From positions 576,001 through 640,000 of the forward strand of contig CAWFQB010000003.1 in the NCBI GenBank assembly GCA_963817895.1: a stretch of 64,000 nucleotides of DNA. The letters run 5' to 3'. Positions 42,691-52,014 of this stretch are shown here, piece by piece; the first letter of the stretch is position 1; each line of letters starts with the position of its first letter. This DNA comes from an uncultured Chthonomonadaceae bacterium (GTDB lineage Bacteria; Armatimonadota; Chthonomonadetes; Chthonomonadales; Chthonomonadaceae). The position numbers and the translations under genes were made by a program. The notes beneath the pieces are model-generated. The model worked only from the letters and a program-made list of their open reading frames with translations. It had not been told where the DNA came from and made no database searches.

Positions 42691-43365
42691 ATGAACGATT
42701 CACGACTTGGCCTGCAAGTTATTGTTGCGGGGGCCATCGTTTTAGGAATAGTCGCGTCGCTGACCGGCGCGAATGCCAAAGCGGGCGATGACCGGGGCGG
42801 GCTGCGCATTGCTACCGTTGATCTGCTAAAGGTGCAGGATGAGTACAAACTCGTCCGGTCTTTTAAGGAAGCGACGGAAAAGCAGGGCAAAGACCTGCAA
42901 ACCGAGTTCGATGTGCTGCAGCGCAACGCCCTGTTGTCCGAAGCCGACCAGAGAACGATGGTGGACCTGGCAGTCAAGGAAAAAACCACGCCCGCCGGTC
43001 TGAACAAAGCGGATGCGGACAAGAAAAAGATGCTGGAAACGCAGTCCACCGCGTTGCGGGATGATTATATTCGCCTACAGCAAACTCCGGCTGTCGCGCT
43101 GAAAGAGGGCGAAGACAAAAAACTCAAAGAGTATATCCGATTGGAACTGGAAACCGGCACGCGCCTGAAAGCGCATCAGACGCAATTGATGCAGGAAGCG
43201 GACAGCAAGGGCAAAAGCCTGGAACTGGCTTACAACGAAAAACTGGAAAAGGCGCTCACGGACGTTTCCAAAAAGAACAATTACAACCTGATTCTGAACA
43301 AACAGATCGCCCCCCACGCCGATTCCGAATGTACCAAAGACGTGGTTGATCTGATGAACAAGTAG
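42691..43365 (+). CDS. skp: OmpH/Skp-family periplasmic chaperone
   Basis: Signal peptide, IATVDL.KV, coiled coil, ..VSKKNNYNLIL...D.ECT.DV; TGCTATAAT at 42594-42602. Confidence 0.8.
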   Translation: MNDSRLGLQVIVAGAIVLGIVASLTGANAKAGDDRGGLRIATVDLLKVQDEYKLVRSFKEATEKQGKDLQTEFDVLQRNALLSEADQRTMVDLAVKEKTTPAGLNKADADKKKMLETQSTALRDDYIRLQQTPAVALKEGEDKKLKEYIRLELETGTRLKAHQTQLMQEADSKGKSLELAYNEKLEKALTDVSKKNNYNLILNKQIAPHADSECTKDVVDLMNK

Positions 43366-43396
43366 TGTTTGCTCTTGTATCTACTGGAGTGTATCG

Positions 43397-44551
43397 GTGC
43401 TGAATCGCAACCGGGGCGGGGATGCGGCGCGCTTTGCGCCCCTCCTCGCCCTTCTGTCTACAACTTCATTTATGTGCGCCTGCGCGGGATGCCGTCAGCC
43501 GGAAATCGCGCTGAAGGGGCGGCAAAGCGTACAGATGAACGCGCTGCTACCGCTGCATCCGGCCTGGGCGCAGGTTGAGAGTCTGGATAAAATACGCGCG
43601 CAGTTTGCCGCGCAACGTCCTCCCGGCGGCGTTGTCGCGCCCGATCTACCGCCCCTCCCGTCTGCATTTACGCCGCCGAAAGAGACTGCTGCCGCTGGCC
43701 CGGAGCAGCGATTGCAGCGGGCGCAGGCGTCCTCCGAGCAGTACCTGAAACAGCTTGCCGAGATTTTGCGTTTGCAGGATGAGGCGTATCTGGCGCGGCA
43801 GACGCGGCGGCAGGCGCAGGCGGTACAGGCCACGTATGCGAAAGAACTGAGCGCGCGGGAAGCCGCGATACGCTCGGAACGCCTGCGGCAGGCATCGGAA
43901 CTGGATCGCCAGATTACGCGCCTGCAATTTCGCGAGGCGGCGTTTGAAACCCAGTTGAAAGTATATAAAGGGCAGGCGAAAGCGGACGCGCAGTTGCAGG
44001 CGGATGCTCTGCTCGCGCAGATTGCCGCGCTTGGAAAGCAGGGGGACGCGCTGTTAGTCGCTTCGGATATTTCCAATCTCGCGCTTGCGGACATGAAGCC
44101 CCGTTTGCAGGAACTGAATCTACAGGCCGATAAGGAGCGGGAGCAGGAGCGCGTCAACCGCGCCGCCCGCCGTGACGCGCAACTACAGCAGGAAAAGAGT
44201 AAACTGGCGTTCGACGCCGATCCGCTTCCGCCCATCAACGCCACGCCCCTGCCGGCTCCCGACTCGCGGGAAACGCCGCTGGTTCTGCCCCCCGGCAGTC
44301 AGGCGGGCGCGACGTTTCAGGCCGCCAGCGCTTCTATGGGCAGCAGGCGCGCGCGGCAGGAGTCCGCATGGCAGGCGCAGCGCGAACGCCTGGTGGCGAT
44401 TATCAGCGCGGATACGGAAAAGGCTGTAGCGCAGATCGCGAAGCAGCAGGGCTGGAACCTGGTTACCGAGGATACGCGGGGAGCGGAGGACGAGACAAAA
44501 ACGATCATGCCGCTATTGCGACAGCAATGGATGCAGGGACGGAGTAGGTGA
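43397..44551 (+). CDS. Long coiled-coil putative lipoprotein with an Skp-like C-terminus
   Basis: CAGC lipobox-like sequence, LHPAW, long coiled coil, AVAQIAKQQGWNLV...DET. Confidence 0.65.
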   Translation: MLNRNRGGDAARFAPLLALLSTTSFMCACAGCRQPEIALKGRQSVQMNALLPLHPAWAQVESLDKIRAQFAAQRPPGGVVAPDLPPLPSAFTPPKETAAAGPEQRLQRAQASSEQYLKQLAEILRLQDEAYLARQTRRQAQAVQATYAKELSAREAAIRSERLRQASELDRQITRLQFREAAFETQLKVYKGQAKADAQLQADALLAQIAALGKQGDALLVASDISNLALADMKPRLQELNLQADKEREQERVNRAARRDAQLQQEKSKLAFDADPLPPINATPLPAPDSRETPLVLPPGSQAGATFQAASASMGSRRARQESAWQAQRERLVAIISADTEKAVAQIAKQQGWNLVTEDTRGAEDETKTIMPLLRQQWMQGRSR

Positions 44552-45627
44552 CAATGCAGGAGAGTGAGCAGGCGAAGGAAGCAAAGCGTTCCCTGAACGA
44601 GATTGCCGCGATGCTGGGCGGAAGCGTGTTGGGAGATGGCGAGACACCGATTACGAATGCCGCCGATATACGGGAGGCGCAGGTTGGCGATATCGTTTTT
44701 GCGGAATCGGCCAAATTTTTGCAGGCCGCGCTGCGTTCCCCGGCTTCCGCCATATTGACCCGGCCCGACCTGGCCGAAGCGGAAACAAACATTTCCAAAC
44801 CCCTGATTCTGGCAGACAATCCCCGTACCGCTTTTGTTCAGTTGTTACAAACGCTGGCGCAGCCCTGGGAGATTACATCCGGTATAGATTCATCGGCTAT
44901 AATTGCGCATGACGTGACGATGGGAATCGAAACGCGAATCGGGCCGCATGTTTCGGTTGAATCCGGCGCACTCATTGGCAGCCGTGTCACGCTGATGGCG
45001 GGTGTGAGGGTGGGCCGCAACTGCGTAATCGGAGATGACTCGGTTTTGTATCCGAATGTTGTTTTGTATCCGGGCGTTCAAGTGGGAAAACGCTGTCTGC
45101 TTCATGCCGGTTGCGTCTTGGGCGCGGACGGGTTCGGCTATGTTCAGGTGGGGCATGGCCTGATGAAAGTGCCGCATCTGGGGCGCGTGGAACTTGGCGA
45201 CGATGTGGAAGTGGGCGCGAACACCTGCATTGACCGCGCCAAAACGGGCGTTACTGTCATAGGTTCCGGCACAAAGTTGGACAATCTGGTACACATCGCG
45301 CATAATGTGCAGATCGGCATATCGTCGCTGATTATCGCGCAGACCGGAGTGGCGGGCAGCGTGACGATTGGCAACGGCGTGATTCTGGCGGGGCAGTCGG
45401 GCATCAAAGATCATGTGAGTATTGGGGATGGGGCGCGAGTGGGGGCGCAGGGCGGCGTTATCGGCAATGTGATGCCCGGTCAAACGGTTTCCGGCTATCC
45501 CGCCCGCCCCCATGCGGCGAAGATGCGTGAATATGCCGCCACTTCCGCCCTGCCGGACTACATCAAGCGGGTTCGCGAACTGGAAAAGAAATTGGAAGCA
45601 TTGGAGGCGTGCGTTGCCCAATCTTGA
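44548..45627 (+). CDS. lpxD: UDP-3-O-acylglucosamine N-acyltransferase
   Basis: Hexapeptide repeats, G.DGFGY, VPHLG.V, IDRA, TKLDNLVHIAHNV. Confidence 0.96.
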   Translation: MTMQESEQAKEAKRSLNEIAAMLGGSVLGDGETPITNAADIREAQVGDIVFAESAKFLQAALRSPASAILTRPDLAEAETNISKPLILADNPRTAFVQLLQTLAQPWEITSGIDSSAIIAHDVTMGIETRIGPHVSVESGALIGSRVTLMAGVRVGRNCVIGDDSVLYPNVVLYPGVQVGKRCLLHAGCVLGADGFGYVQVGHGLMKVPHLGRVELGDDVEVGANTCIDRAKTGVTVIGSGTKLDNLVHIAHNVQIGISSLIIAQTGVAGSVTIGNGVILAGQSGIKDHVSIGDGARVGAQGGVIGNVMPGQTVSGYPARPHAAKMREYAATSALPDYIKRVRELEKKLEALEACVAQS

Positions 45628-46489
45628 ACAAAATACCCTGGCGCAATTCTTTCAGTTTGAGGGCGTCGGAATCCATACCGGGGAACACGCGCATGTTGTC
45701 GTACATCCCGCCGAAGTGGATACGGGGCGCGTGTTTCGGATAAAGGAACAAACTATTCCCGCCCACGCCGATTGGGTAGTGGATACCACGCGCTGCACCA
45801 CGCTTGGACATGACGGTATCCGCCTGCACACGGTCGAGCATCTGCTTTCCGCGCTTCATGCCTACAACATAGACAACGCCATTATTGAAGTAGACGGCAG
45901 TGAAATCCCTATTTTAGATGGCAGCGCGCTTCCCTACACGCAGGCGATAGAACAGTCGGGTATAATCGCTCAGGGCAAACCCGCGAATACCATTGCGCTA
46001 ACGCAGCCCCTGACGCTGGAAGAGCGTTCCAGCCATATTCAGGCGGAACCCGCTTCCAATTTTGAAGTGACGGTTCGCGTGGAATTCGAGCGTTGGCGCG
46101 AGGGCAAGGCCGAGCAGAGTTATCAGGCAGACGGACAAAACGGAAGTTGGTACGCGCAATCCATCGCGCCCGCCCGCACCTTCGCGTTCGATTTTGAAGT
46201 AAAACAACTGCTGGCGGCGGGACTGGCGCGCGGCGGTTCGCTGGATAACGCGCTGATTATCTCGCCGCCGGACATGACAACAGTAACGTCGTGGATGGAA
46301 ACGGAAACTGAATACTCCACGCCCCTGCGCCTGCCAGATGAGTGGTGCGCCCACAAGTTGCTGGACGTATTGGGCGACTTCGCCCTGTTCAATGCGCGTC
46401 CCTTGATGCGCGTGACCGCGCTCCGCCCGGGACACGGCAGCAACGTCCGTTTTGTGCAAGCTGTATTGAAGCAGGAACAGTCTATTTGA
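45614..46489 (+). CDS. lpxC: UDP-3-O-acyl-GlcNAc deacetylase
   Basis: Q.TL....GVGIHTG, TVEHLLSAL, EIPILDGSA, IAPARTF, GGSLDNA, HKLLD..GD; TTG start after GGAGG. Confidence 0.95.
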   Translation: MPNLEQNTLAQFFQFEGVGIHTGEHAHVVVHPAEVDTGRVFRIKEQTIPAHADWVVDTTRCTTLGHDGIRLHTVEHLLSALHAYNIDNAIIEVDGSEIPILDGSALPYTQAIEQSGIIAQGKPANTIALTQPLTLEERSSHIQAEPASNFEVTVRVEFERWREGKAEQSYQADGQNGSWYAQSIAPARTFAFDFEVKQLLAAGLARGGSLDNALIISPPDMTTVTSWMETETEYSTPLRLPDEWCAHKLLDVLGDFALFNARPLMRVTALRPGHGSNVRFVQAVLKQEQSI

Positions 46490-46501
46490 CAGGAGTGAAT
46501 T

Positions 46502-46975
46502 ATGGAGTCCAAGCTGGACATAGAGCAAATCCGTGCCCTGCTTCCGCATCGTTTTCCGATGCTGCTGGTAGATCGCGTTCTGGAACTGACACCCGGCGAA
46601 CGGGTTGTCGGTCTGAAAAATGTGACCATCAATGAACCGTTTTTTACCGGGCATTTCCCCGGACAGGCCGTAATGCCCGGAGTATTGATTCTGGAAGCAA
46701 TGGCGCAGGTCGCGGGTTTGATTCTGTTGTCCGTGCCGGAACATCAGGGCAAACTGGCCTATATCGGCAGCGTGAAAAACGCCAAGTTCCGCAAGCCCGT
46801 TGTGCCGGGGGATACCCTGATTACGGAAGCCATTTTGGGCAGAGTGCGGGGAACGATGGGGGAAGTGCGGATGACGGCAACGGTTGAGGGTGAAGTGGTT
46901 GCCAGATGCGAGATGATGTTTGCGCTGATGTCGCCGCCCGCTCCCAAACCAGTTGACAGGCTGAAGGGAGAGTGA
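46502..46975 (+). CDS. fabZ: 3-hydroxyacyl-ACP dehydratase
   Basis: LPHRFPMLLVDRV, KNVTINEPFF.GHFP...MPGVLILEAMAQ. Confidence 0.97.
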   Translation: MESKLDIEQIRALLPHRFPMLLVDRVLELTPGERVVGLKNVTINEPFFTGHFPGQAVMPGVLILEAMAQVAGLILLSVPEHQGKLAYIGSVKNAKFRKPVVPGDTLITEAILGRVRGTMGEVRMTATVEGEVVARCEMMFALMSPPAPKPVDRLKGE

Positions 46976-47799
46976 CCATGTCCCAACAGGGCATCATTCA
47001 CTCTACTGCCCTCATTGATCCGAGCGCGGAGATCGCGCCGGACGTAGAAATCGGCGCGTACTGCTGTATCGGGCCACGAGTGCGGATCGCTTCCGGGTGT
47101 GTGCTGTATCCCCGCGTAGATATTCTGAAAAACACCACGATTGGCCGTAATTGCCAGATATTTAGCGGCTCCGTACTCGGAGGGCCGCCGCAGGATCGCA
47201 AATTTCATGATGAAGAGACGTATGTAGAGATTGGCGACGACAACATTCTGCGCGAATACGTCACTATTCACAGCGCTACAGGCACGGGCAGCGTCACCCG
47301 CATGGGCAGCGGCAACATGATGATGGCGTATGTTCACATCGGCCATAACTGCGACATCGGCAGTAATATTACGATTGCCTCGTATACGGGTATCAGCGGG
47401 CATGTGCGAATCGAGGACAACGCCAATATCGGCGGCATTTGCGGCATTCATCAGCATAGCCGTATCGGTAAGCTGGCCTTTGTCGGCGGAATGTCGGGCG
47501 TGGCGCAGGACGTGCCGCCATTCATGCTTGCCGCCGGACCCCGCGCGCAGGTATATGGCATCAACGCGGTCGGATTGCGGCGGGCGAAAATCGCCAAAAA
47601 GGTCGTGGAAGAACTCAAGGAAGCGTTCCGCATCTTATATCGTTCCAACCTGAACCGTTCGCAGGCGCTGGAAACCATTGAACTGAATCTGGCTCCCAGC
47701 CCGGAAATGGATCATTTGGTGAAATTCATACGTGAATCGCGCGGTGGCTCTTTTGGACGTGCGCCCTCGCCTAATGAACCCCCGCCCGATGAAACCTAG
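46972..47799 (+). CDS. lpxA: UDP-GlcNAc acyltransferase
   Basis: IH.TA.I, GG.PQD.KF, REYVTIH, HIGHNC, IHQ, QDVPPF, GIN.VGL.R. Confidence 0.96.
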   Translation: MTMSQQGIIHSTALIDPSAEIAPDVEIGAYCCIGPRVRIASGCVLYPRVDILKNTTIGRNCQIFSGSVLGGPPQDRKFHDEETYVEIGDDNILREYVTIHSATGTGSVTRMGSGNMMMAYVHIGHNCDIGSNITIASYTGISGHVRIEDNANIGGICGIHQHSRIGKLAFVGGMSGVAQDVPPFMLAAGPRAQVYGINAVGLRRAKIAKKVVEELKEAFRILYRSNLNRSQALETIELNLAPSPEMDHLVKFIRESRGGSFGRAPSPNEPPPDET

Positions 47800-47877
47800 G
47801 GAACGGGGAATTTAGAGCTACGATGGGTAAGCCGCTGACAAAGCGGAGTAGGTTGATCGTACCCCATCTTGAACACA

Positions 47878-49269
47878 ATGAATATTGCGATATTTTCGGG
47901 AGAATTGTCAGGGGATTTAATTGGGGCGGGGCTGGCGCGGGAGTTGCGCCGCCTTGACCCGACTGTAGAACTGTGGGGATTGGGCAGCGCGGCAATGCGG
48001 GGACAGGGCGTGGAGTTGCTTGCCGACAGCGCGGAGTGGGGCGTTATCAGCATCACGCAGGCGCTGCAAAAAGTCCCCGCGCTCCTGGCGACCGTTGCGC
48101 CCCGCGTGAAACGGGAACTGCGAACGCGCCGCCCGGATGTGGTTGTTTTGATTGATTTCGGCGCGTTTAATGTCCGCGCCGCCCGATATAGTAAAACTTT
48201 GGGGCTGAAAGTATGCTACTATTTTCCTCCGGGCGCGTGGCGGCGGACGGGTACGCAGGGCGCGGAACTCGCCACCATAACGGATGCGATTGCCGCGCCG
48301 TTTCCCTGGTCGGCGGAACGGTATCGGAGCATGGGCGCGAACGCTGTTTATGTCGGGCATCCCCTGTTGGAGCGCGTTCATGCGGTTTTGACCCGCGAGG
48401 AGTTCGCCGCGCAGTTCGGCATGGACGCGGGCAAGCCCATCATCGGATTGCTGCCCGGAAGCCGCCAGCATGAGGTGACGCATCTGCTGCCCACCTTGCT
48501 GTCCGCTGCAAGTTTGATCTATCGCGATGTGCCGGACGCGCAGTTCGTTGTCGGCGTCGCGCCGTCGCTCTCCTCCGACATGATGCGCGCGTATCTGAGC
48601 AATCACGCCGAATTGGGCGAACAGTGGGGCCATGTGTGGCACGATTTCGCGCATGACGCGGGCGCGCGAATGCGCGACCCGCTGGCGCGGGTGGCGGGCA
48701 AATGGAGCGGGCAGAGCAGTCCCATGCTGGTCACGGAAAATGGCGTCCTTGTGCCTGTGGAGTCGCTGCGAGACGAGATGCAGGCGCGCCGCCAATCGGA
48801 ACACCGGCGGGCGCGAACCGAGCGCGGCCTGCCCCCTACCGTGCTTGTCAAAGGCTTGACCTACGACATCATGGCGCACAGCGATGTGCTGCTGACGTGT
48901 TCCGGCACGGCGACGTTAGAAGCCGCTGTGTTCGGGACGCCCCTGGTGATTTTATATCGCGGCTCCAAACTGATGGAACTGGAATATAAATTGCGGGGCA
49001 TCAAGAAGAAAATCCGCTTTATCGGCCTGCCGAATATTCTGGCGGATCGCGAAATCGCGCCGGAACTGCTTCAGGATCAGGCTACGCCCGAAGCTATTGC
49101 CGCGCACACGCTCGGCCTGCTGAATGATCCCACGCGCCGCAAACAGGCGCGGGAGGGGCTTTTGGAGGTGCGGGCCGCGCTTGGAACGCCGGGAGCCAGC
49201 AGTCGCGCCGCAAAAATAGTGTTCGATCTGGCGCAGGGCAGGGATATATCTGCCTGCTCTGAAACGTAA
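47878..49269 (+). CDS. lpxB: Lipid-A-disaccharide synthase with an internal insertion of about 80 aa
   Basis: GELSGDLIG, ID..AFN, YVGHPL, LLPGSR..E, SGTATLEAA..G.P, IGLPNIL. Confidence 0.93.
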   Translation: MNIAIFSGELSGDLIGAGLARELRRLDPTVELWGLGSAAMRGQGVELLADSAEWGVISITQALQKVPALLATVAPRVKRELRTRRPDVVVLIDFGAFNVRAARYSKTLGLKVCYYFPPGAWRRTGTQGAELATITDAIAAPFPWSAERYRSMGANAVYVGHPLLERVHAVLTREEFAAQFGMDAGKPIIGLLPGSRQHEVTHLLPTLLSAASLIYRDVPDAQFVVGVAPSLSSDMMRAYLSNHAELGEQWGHVWHDFAHDAGARMRDPLARVAGKWSGQSSPMLVTENGVLVPVESLRDEMQARRQSEHRRARTERGLPPTVLVKGLTYDIMAHSDVLLTCSGTATLEAAVFGTPLVILYRGSKLMELEYKLRGIKKKIRFIGLPNILADREIAPELLQDQATPEAIAAHTLGLLNDPTRRKQAREGLLEVRAALGTPGASSRAAKIVFDLAQGRDISACSET

Positions 49270-49278
49270 AGTTGCTGT

Positions 49279-51201
49279 ATGGACACTCAACGCCGACTAC
49301 TGGCCTATTTGAAACCACACTGGAAAACAGCGACATTGGGGCTGTTGTGCGCGGCTGTCGCTTCCAGTATCCCCGTTGGCATCTCCCTGTTTATCAAATA
49401 CTCCATTGACGCCATGAACAACGGGAGCATGGAGAACCTGCGCTGGATTTGCGCGCTGGTTATCGGCCTGTTTGTCGTCAAGGGCGTTTTCGGGTTCGGG
49501 CAGAGCTATTTGCTGTCGCTGACGGCAAACCTAATTGCCGCTCAATTGCGCAATGACATTTTCGCGCATCTGCACCACCTGTCCCTCTCCTTTTTTAATC
49601 GGCGTCGCACGGGCGCGATCATGTCCACGCTGACCAACGACGTTCCCGTTTTGCAAAACGCGGCGATGAGTTTGCGCGACGTGGTTTCGGCTCCTCTGAG
49701 TATCAGTATCAGCGTGGTGATTCTGCTTTATCGCTGCTGGTGGCTGACGCTGATCTCGTTTATTTTTATTCCGTTCATGGTGTTGGTGATTTCGCGTATC
49801 AGCAAGCGTATCCGGCGTATCAGCACATCGTTACAGGGCAAACTTTCCGACCTGACGACGACGATGGAAGAAACCGTATCGGGCGTTCGTATTATCAAAT
49901 CGTTCGCGGCGGAAAACCATGTGGTTGCGCGGTTCAAGGATGAGAACCACCAGACGATGCGGACGGTGATGCACGGTGTCATGCGCAGCGCGCAACTGCG
50001 TCCCATTTTAGAGATAATCGGCGCGGGCGGTATCGCGGTTGTGCTGCTGCTCGGCGGCGGCGCAGTCGCGACAACGCACAATTACCAGCAGGAGCGCGAC
50101 GCCATTATTCTGCGCAAGGGCATTCCCCTGCTTCCCGCGAATTTGCGGGAAGAGTGTCCGAAAAACATTTCCGACGCGCAGTTAATCGCGTATCAGCAGC
50201 ACCGCAGCGAGATGATTCACGCGCTGGGAGAGCCGCTTCTGGAACCAAAATGGAAGCCGGTCGTGCCTCCCGGCGGCATGACAAGCGGCGATTTGCTGGC
50301 TTTTCTGTTTCTGCTGGATGCGGTTGCCAAAGCGGCGGGGGATATTGGCGGTATCGCTTCGATGCGGGCGCAGGCGTTGGCGGCGGGAAAGCGCATTTTT
50401 GACGAGGTTCTGGATGTTGAATCGGAAGTAAAAGAGAAGCCCGACCCGACCGTTTTACCGGTCTTGGAGGGAAATATCCGCTTTGAAAACGTGTCGTTTC
50501 AGTATGCCCCCGACATGCCGGAGGTTTTGAAAAACATCAGTTTTGAGGTGAAGCCGGGGGAAGTGGTGGCTCTTGTCGGCAGGAGCGGTTCGGGTAAAAG
50601 TACGCTCGTGGACTTGATACCGCGCTTTTATGATCCGACCGAAGGCCGAATTCTGGTGGATGGCGTCAATGTTCAGGACGTAAAGCTGGACAGCCTGCGT
50701 CATCAGATCGGGATTGTGCCGCAGGAAACGTGGCTGTTCGCGGGTACGCTGCGCGACAACATCGCGTATGGCAACCGGGGCGCGACGGATGAGGAGATAT
50801 GGACGGCGGCGCGGAACGCGAATGCCTCGTTTATGGAAAGCATGGATAAGGGACTGGATACGGTTGTCAGTGAGCGAGGTATCCGATTATCGGGGGGCGA
50901 ACGGCAGCGCGTGGCGATTGCCCGCGCTATTCTGCTGCGCCCGCGTATTCTGATACTGGATGAGGCTACCTCCTCGCTTGATGCCTCTTCGGAAGCGTTG
51001 GTACAGGAAGCCCTCGACCGCATGATGAAAGGCCGCACAACTATAGTCATCGCGCATCGGCTTTCCACTATCATCAACGCGGATCGTATCCTCGCCATGC
51101 AGGATGGGCGCATTGTGGAAATGGGTTCGCACCGCGAATTGATTGCGGCGGGCGGTTATTACGCGCGTTTGTACGAGACGCAATTGCGCGGATTTGACTA
51201 G
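49279..51201 (+). CDS. msbA: Lipid A flippase-type ABC transporter
   Basis: TMD plus NBD (GRSGSGKST, LSGGERQR, ILDEATS, IAHRLST) inside the lpx operon. Confidence 0.85.
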   Translation: MDTQRRLLAYLKPHWKTATLGLLCAAVASSIPVGISLFIKYSIDAMNNGSMENLRWICALVIGLFVVKGVFGFGQSYLLSLTANLIAAQLRNDIFAHLHHLSLSFFNRRRTGAIMSTLTNDVPVLQNAAMSLRDVVSAPLSISISVVILLYRCWWLTLISFIFIPFMVLVISRISKRIRRISTSLQGKLSDLTTTMEETVSGVRIIKSFAAENHVVARFKDENHQTMRTVMHGVMRSAQLRPILEIIGAGGIAVVLLLGGGAVATTHNYQQERDAIILRKGIPLLPANLREECPKNISDAQLIAYQQHRSEMIHALGEPLLEPKWKPVVPPGGMTSGDLLAFLFLLDAVAKAAGDIGGIASMRAQALAAGKRIFDEVLDVESEVKEKPDPTVLPVLEGNIRFENVSFQYAPDMPEVLKNISFEVKPGEVVALVGRSGSGKSTLVDLIPRFYDPTEGRILVDGVNVQDVKLDSLRHQIGIVPQETWLFAGTLRDNIAYGNRGATDEEIWTAARNANASFMESMDKGLDTVVSERGIRLSGGERQRVAIARAILLRPRILILDEATSSLDASSEALVQEALDRMMKGRTTIVIAHRLSTIINADRILAMQDGRIVEMGSHRELIAAGGYYARLYETQLRGFD

Positions 51202-51204
51202 ACT

Positions 51205-51963
51205 ATGGCGCTCACGACTTCCAACATGCAGATAAAAGAGATGCCGGGGGAACCGGAGCCGAACGCGGCGCAGGAACCGTCGCCGTATGCCCGCAAGGTA
51301 CGGTTTTATAGCTGGCTTGTGTATGTGGTGGCGCGGTGCATTTACAAAACGCTGCGGCTGCATCTTGAGAATTATGAGCGGCTGGTTCCCTGCGAGGCGG
51401 GCAAGCCACAGGGCGCGATTCTGGTGACGTGGCACGGGCGCACGTTGATACCGGCCAATCTGTTGCGCAACAAAGGTTATTGGGCATTGATTTCATTGTC
51501 GCGTGATGGCGAACTGCAAAACTGGATTTTTCAGCGGTTCGGGTTTCAAACCGCGCGCGGCTCGACAGGGCGGGGCGGCGTCCGGGGCGCGCTGCAAATG
51601 GCGCGTAAAGTGCGCGAGGGCGATATTCTGGCGTTTACGCCCGACGGCCCGCGCGGCCCGACGCACAAAGTGCAGTTGGGCGTGATTTTGATGGCGGAAA
51701 AGTCCGGCGCGCCCATTGTTCCGGTTGGTATCAGCGCGAGCCGACGGTGGCTGATCGGCAGTTGGGACTCGTACATGATTCCCAAGCCGTTCGCCCGCGC
51801 ATACTTTCTGGTAGGGGAACCGATTTATGCGCCGCCTCATCTGGACGAGGCCGGACGCGAAGCCGTTGCCGCGCAGGTGGAAATCGCGCTCAACCAACTG
51901 GAAAAAGAGGCCGAAATGCGGGCAGGCCATACCGATTATCCACAGGATTGGCGCGTTATCTAA
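51205..51963 (+). CDS. DUF374 lysophospholipid acyltransferase (LpxJ-like)
   Basis: WHGR, LIS.SRDGE, RGST.RGG, TPDGPRGP, SWD...IPKPF. Confidence 0.88.
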   Translation: MALTTSNMQIKEMPGEPEPNAAQEPSPYARKVRFYSWLVYVVARCIYKTLRLHLENYERLVPCEAGKPQGAILVTWHGRTLIPANLLRNKGYWALISLSRDGELQNWIFQRFGFQTARGSTGRGGVRGALQMARKVREGDILAFTPDGPRGPTHKVQLGVILMAEKSGAPIVPVGISASRRWLIGSWDSYMIPKPFARAYFLVGEPIYAPPHLDEAGREAVAAQVEIALNQLEKEAEMRAGHTDYPQDWRVI

Positions 51964-52014
51964 CTTGAAAAGCCGCGCTTTCTGCTACAATATATCAGAA
52001 TTTTTGGAGGCGTT

